Positions 33,930-37,250 of a DNA stretch of 37,250 nt are shown here, piece by piece. The stretch comes from Kiritimatiellia bacterium (GTDB lineage Bacteria > Verrucomicrobiota > Kiritimatiellia > RFP12 > JAAYNR01): positions 1 to 37,250 of the forward strand of contig JBIJDW010000002.1 in assembly GCA_044343885.1 (NCBI GenBank). Reading direction: 5' to 3'. Both the position numbers and the translations under genes were made by a program. A model generated the notes under the pieces. The model had not been told where the DNA came from, ran no database searches, and saw nothing but the letters and a program-made list of their open reading frames with translations. How positions within the stretch are numbered: position 1 is the first letter of the stretch; each line of letters opens with the position of its first letter.

Positions 33930-35281
33930 GACGTGGTCTCCGTGCCGGCCGGGAGGGTGATCCTGAAGATCGAACCGCCGCCCTCCCGTGGCCGCGCGAT
34001 GATGTCGCCGCCGCACTTGCGCAACGCGGTGCGAGCGAGGAAGAGTCCGAGCCCCGTCCCTTCCGGGCGGGACGAGACAAACATATCGAAGATGCGTTCG
34101 CGGTCGTGCGGCGGCACGCCGGGTCCGCGATCGGCGATGTCGATTCGGACCGACGAACGCTCGACCGCGCAAGCCACCTCGACCGTGCCGCCGCGAGGCG
34201 AGAACTGCACGGCGTTGGTGAGCACGTTGAGCAGGGCGCGACGCAGCGCAAACGGCGCGGCTCGAACGCCCAGCGGCTTGGGCGGGGCATCAATCGTCAC
34301 GCCCGCCGCCTCAAGGCGCGGCGCGAGGGTCTCGACACATTCGCGGATGCAGTCCGACAGCGCGACGGTTTCAAACGCCTCGTGATCAGGTTTGGCCAGA
34401 TAGAGAAACTCCTTGAACACCTGATCCATTCGTTCCACGGTGCGGCCGATGCGGCCCGCCAGCTCGGCCAGACGCTCGGGGCGGGGGCCGCCTTCGCGAT
34501 CGACCTCGCGGACGAGCATCTGAGCATCGAGTTTCACCGAGGACATCGGATTGCGGAAATCGTGGACGATGCCATTGGCCAGGACGCCTGAAAATGCGAG
34601 ATGCTCCTCGCGTCGGCTCCGCGCCTGGCGCGCCAGATCGTGACGGACGACGGCGACGACCAGCAAGAGGCAGAAGCCAAACGCTGCGGCGACGGCGACC
34701 GCCGAGAAACGGAGGAGCTTGCGAATCGAACGCGAGGCGCTCGATTCGGTCGCGTCGACGACCGCGGCGTCAAGTCCGACCTCCACAGTCGCTTCGCTCC
34801 CGTCGGGAAGCAAGACGGATCGCGTGAAGACCATCACCTGAGTCATCGCGCCAGGGCCGGTGAGGATGTTGAGGGTCGAGACGGATGTGCGGGAAGGGGC
34901 GGCCACATGCGGGTGGAGGGACTGATCGGGAATCTGTCGATGATAAACGGTCGCCCCGTCATGGGTGATTGAGACGAATTCCAGCTCGGCTTGAGCCGCG
35001 CGAAGCCCCTCCACATGCGCGCCGAACAGGCGCCATTCGCTGGTGGTCATGTTGGTGCTGTTCGCCAGGGTGCCAGCGTCGGCCAGCAGATCCATCAGCC
35101 GCTCCCCCTGCGCCAGCACCGAGCGGGTCGCATCGACATGAGCCGCGTGTGCCTGAAAGCGGTGGAGCCAAAATAGACCCAACCCGGCCGCCAAAGCGGC
35201 AAACGCCAGAATAGCGGATGCCTGCAACACCAATGAGGGGCGGTGAGGTTTGATCCTTTCGATGTAACGTCTCAGGGCCAT
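33926..35281 (-). CDS. Sensor histidine kinase
   Basis: 451-aa ORF with two TM segments flanking a periplasmic-type domain. The H-box is IVHDFRNPMSS. The N/G boxes are LTNAVQFSP, DRGPGVP and GTGLGLFLA. Confidence 0.85.
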   Translation of the reverse strand: MALRRYIERIKPHRPSLVLQASAILAFAALAAGLGLFWLHRFQAHAAHVDATRSVLAQGERLMDLLADAGTLANSTNMTTSEWRLFGAHVEGLRAAQAELEFVSITHDGATVYHRQIPDQSLHPHVAAPSRTSVSTLNILTGPGAMTQVMVFTRSVLLPDGSEATVEVGLDAAVVDATESSASRSIRKLLRFSAVAVAAAFGFCLLLVVAVVRHDLARQARSRREEHLAFSGVLANGIVHDFRNPMSSVKLDAQMLVREVDREGGPRPERLAELAGRIGRTVERMDQVFKEFLYLAKPDHEAFETVALSDCIRECVETLAPRLEAAGVTIDAPPKPLGVRAAPFALRRALLNVLTNAVQFSPRGGTVEVACAVERSSVRIDIADRGPGVPPHDRERIFDMFVSSRPEGTGLGLFLARTALRKCGGDIIARPREGGGSIFRITLPAGTETTS

Positions 35282-35296
35282 GGGTATCGTGAAGCC

Positions 35297-35312
35297 AGCA
35301 AGGGTTGTGCCG
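35297..35312 (-). promoter_or_regulatory. Candidate sigma-54 promoter upstream of the kinase/regulator operon
   Basis: The reverse strand reads cGGCACaacccTTGCT, with canonical GG-N10-GC spacing. The -12 GC lies only about 17 nt upstream of the kinase ATG (35281), so the leader would be a few nucleotides at most. Confidence 0.4.
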
Positions 35313-35543
35313 TGTCTGAAATCCGCTGGAAAAAGATAATAATAGCCTATTTAGGCAGCTGGATGCGACATTTTGTCGTGTCGCTGTCGGACATTATGTC
35401 TGGTTGGCGGCGAGCAACCGCCATCAGGATCAGGGATGCCTGTACAGGGATGATCGTGATTATTCAGTAAAAGGGGCGGACGGAAGGTCCCTTGTCGAAG
35501 TCGCGCTGGTGCGGCCTTTGTTCGGGACTCGATGCGTCGGTGA

Positions 35544-36044
35544 TCATTCTTTTGCAAGCGTCCATAGTTCACGCACCAGAAAACTCTGAAAGTCCCGAAT
35601 CTGTTCGCGCAACCGCTCATTCGTCAGCATATCCGGACGCGGATCAACGTAATAGACCCCGTCCAGTTTGTTCAATGCAACTGTGTAGCCAAGAAAATGA
35701 TTGGTTTTGAACGTCGAATTGATTCCAAAAATGCTTTCACCGCGTTTAGCTCTCTGTACGTCGTGGAGAAAAATGGCAATCACCGGAATGTCGCGGCCTA
35801 GTAATTTCGTCAAGAGAAATTTATCGAGAAAAACTTTGTCTATACGGTCTTTGCTGGTTGTCTTAACTGAACCGACGACTTCCGCTGTGTGGATATGCTT
35901 CGTTTCGGATGCGATGATGGCTTTGTTGCGCGAGAATACAACATCAAGTTCGGATGGATTTTCGCCTTTCCACGTTTTGTTCGTCGTAACGCAGCCATTT
36001 TTCAATCGGCCAATCCTCAACCAACTCGATTCGATCTGCCGCAT
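35544..36044 (-). CDS. Putative type II restriction endonuclease (small PD-(D/E)xK-like)
   Basis: 166-aa ORF directly downstream of the methyltransferase and overlapping its 3' end by 101 nt. A possible D-x11-E-x-K motif is ELDVVFSRNKAIIASETK. The segment is AT-richer. I recognise no specific family. Confidence 0.4.
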   Translation of the reverse strand: MRQIESSWLRIGRLKNGCVTTNKTWKGENPSELDVVFSRNKAIIASETKHIHTAEVVGSVKTTSKDRIDKVFLDKFLLTKLLGRDIPVIAIFLHDVQRAKRGESIFGINSTFKTNHFLGYTVALNKLDGVYYVDPRPDMLTNERLREQIRDFQSFLVRELWTLAKE

Positions 36045-37005
36045 ACCCGCAGAATTCGATGCTAAAATCGCAGCCCTTCCACTTCCGCTTCAACTGCTCC
36101 GCCACCACCGCCGTCGTGCCAGAACCAAGAAAGGGATCAATCACCACGTCGCCGGGGCTGGATGAGGCCAAAACGATCTTCCGCAATAATTCCTCTGGTT
36201 TCTGTGTCGGGTGCGGTGTTTTCTCGTGCATTCCGTTGCAAGTCGTCGGTATTTCGAGCACATCCTTTGGCTTTGCTCCGCGCGGATGCGGATGCCAGAT
36301 GTGATCTTTGTTTGCAGCCTTGCCGTATTGGCTTGTCTCGGCTTGCGGATGCGCCGGATATTTCAGCGTGTGCTCGCCGTAAGGAATCCGCACATCATCC
36401 ACGTTGAATGTGAAATCTTGGCTCTTGCGAAAATGCAAAATGCTTTCATGCGAACGTCCCCAGTCATCGCCCAAGTTAGCCTTGTTTTTGTAATGCCACA
36501 CGATCCAGCGGCAGCCCTTGAAAAACCGTGATGCTGGCAATCGCAAGTCAGCGAGAATTTCCGAAAATCCGCAGATGTAAAGAGTCCCATCCGGTTTCAA
36601 GACCCGCGCCGCCTGCTCAATCCAACGGATTGACCATGCCACATATTCCTGTTGTGACTCAAACGTGTCCCACTCCGCCTTTTTGATGTTGTAGGGCGGA
36701 TCAGCAAACACAAGGTCAACCGAACTGGATTCCAAACCGCGCAGCCACTCGAAAGAATCACCCAACCAGATTTCACCTTGTTGGTGTAAATAAAACAAGC
36801 GGGGAGAATGGCTTTCAACCGAGGAATCAAGCGGACGCCTTTCACCTTTGTTCAATGGTTGGCCGAAGAATTCCGGGATTTCCGTATTGCGAACAAAATA
36901 AGCGGCAGAAGGCTCTTTCAATGCCAAAGAGGACGCGGAAGTCGTCACTGGGCGCGGTTGCTTTCTTAAGCGAACCTTTGGCTTGGTTGTGTCAGGGGTC
37001 TGCAT
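35944..37005 (-). CDS. Beta-class DNA methyltransferase (N6-adenine or N4-cytosine; PF01555-type)
   Basis: Catalytic motif IV VFADPPYN precedes AdoMet motif I VIDPFLGSGTT, which is the beta permutation. PTQKPEELLRKIV is also present. DPPY favours N6-adenine specificity but does not prove it. Confidence 0.85.
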   Translation of the reverse strand: MQTPDTTKPKVRLRKQPRPVTTSASSLALKEPSAAYFVRNTEIPEFFGQPLNKGERRPLDSSVESHSPRLFYLHQQGEIWLGDSFEWLRGLESSSVDLVFADPPYNIKKAEWDTFESQQEYVAWSIRWIEQAARVLKPDGTLYICGFSEILADLRLPASRFFKGCRWIVWHYKNKANLGDDWGRSHESILHFRKSQDFTFNVDDVRIPYGEHTLKYPAHPQAETSQYGKAANKDHIWHPHPRGAKPKDVLEIPTTCNGMHEKTPHPTQKPEELLRKIVLASSSPGDVVIDPFLGSGTTAVVAEQLKRKWKGCDFSIEFCGYAADRIELVEDWPIEKWLRYDEQNVERRKSIRT

Positions 37006-37056
37006 GGGAAATAATTAACACCCGAAAAGGGTCACGTTGAACGGCCGGATTGAAAA

Positions 37057-37250
37057 TCAGTCCACGGTGATGCCGAGGAGAGACAGGAGGCGGTCGAGGT
37101 CGTCGTTGTCGTAGAAGTCGATCTCGATGCCGCCCTTGGCTCGTTTGCCGTTGGCGTAGGTCTGGCTGGCGGTGAGGCGCACATGAGTGCCGAAGTGGCG
37201 GGTCATGCGGTCCGCCAGATCCCGGAGGTGAGCTTCGGGCATGTCGGGCT
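37057..37250 (-). CDS. parB: ParB/Spo0J chromosome-partitioning protein, C-terminal end (gene continues past window end)
   Basis: The C-terminal sequence RAKGGIEIDFYDNDDLDRLLSLLGI is typical of the ParB dimerisation domain. The reading frame stays open to the window edge. Confidence 0.65.
   Translation of the reverse strand, partial: PDMPEAHLRDLADRMTRHFGTHVRLTASQTYANGKRAKGGIEIDFYDNDDLDRLLSLLGITVD

Noticed and set aside
35380-35400. Palindrome gacatTatgtc (and nearby gacattttgtc) as a possible C-protein or operator site for the R-M islet
   Set aside because: The arms are only 5 bp, there is no controller (C) gene in the islet, and the site lies downstream of the nuclease gene rather than upstream of the operon.
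37006-37056. Hairpin acccGAAAAgggt after parB as a terminator
   Set aside because: The stem is only 4 bp and the T-tract is poor, so the evidence is insufficient.

Overview
High-GC bacterial chromosomal window. Every credible gene lies on the minus strand; the long plus-strand ORFs are antisense shadows. Reading from high to low coordinates:

- **37250-37057:** the 3' end of parB.
- **37005-35544:** an AT-richer type II R-M islet, made of a beta-class DPPY methyltransferase and a small PD-(D/E)xK-like nuclease.
- **35281-32583:** a histidine kinase and an NtrC-type sigma-54 activator pair. Good GG-N10-GC sigma-54 promoter matches sit upstream of both the kinase gene and the next operon.
- **32510-18008:** an 11-gene, tightly coupled operon: GldA/F/G-like ABC transporter, DUF4340, MoxR, DUF58, DUF4381 and BatA/B/C/D-like proteins.
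- **17812-17953:** a 142-bp MITE-like element with 17-bp perfect terminal inverted repeats and a 9-bp flanking duplication.
- **17773-5257:** a type I R-M locus (hsdM ... hsdS ... hsdR) split by three cargo modules.
  - An unrecognisable 356-aa plus roughly 92-aa pair between hsdM and hsdS.
  - A Septu-like ABC-ATPase plus HNH-like pair after hsdS.
  - An AlbA_2/HATPase_c_4 protein before hsdR.
  - An hsdR'-'hsdS chimeric remnant, whose direct repeats bracket the last two modules.
- **5234-4443:** an inositol-monophosphatase family gene.
- **4296-3214:** a UPF0158-like::Vat (streptogramin A acetyltransferase) fusion.
- **3198-1:** rnfA-rnfB-rnfC-rnfD'.

The best candidate for something undescribed is the cargo of the type I R-M island, especially the 14138-15488 cassette. 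I found no rRNA, tRNA, CRISPR array or transposase gene. All homology calls come from motif recognition by eye, not from database searches.
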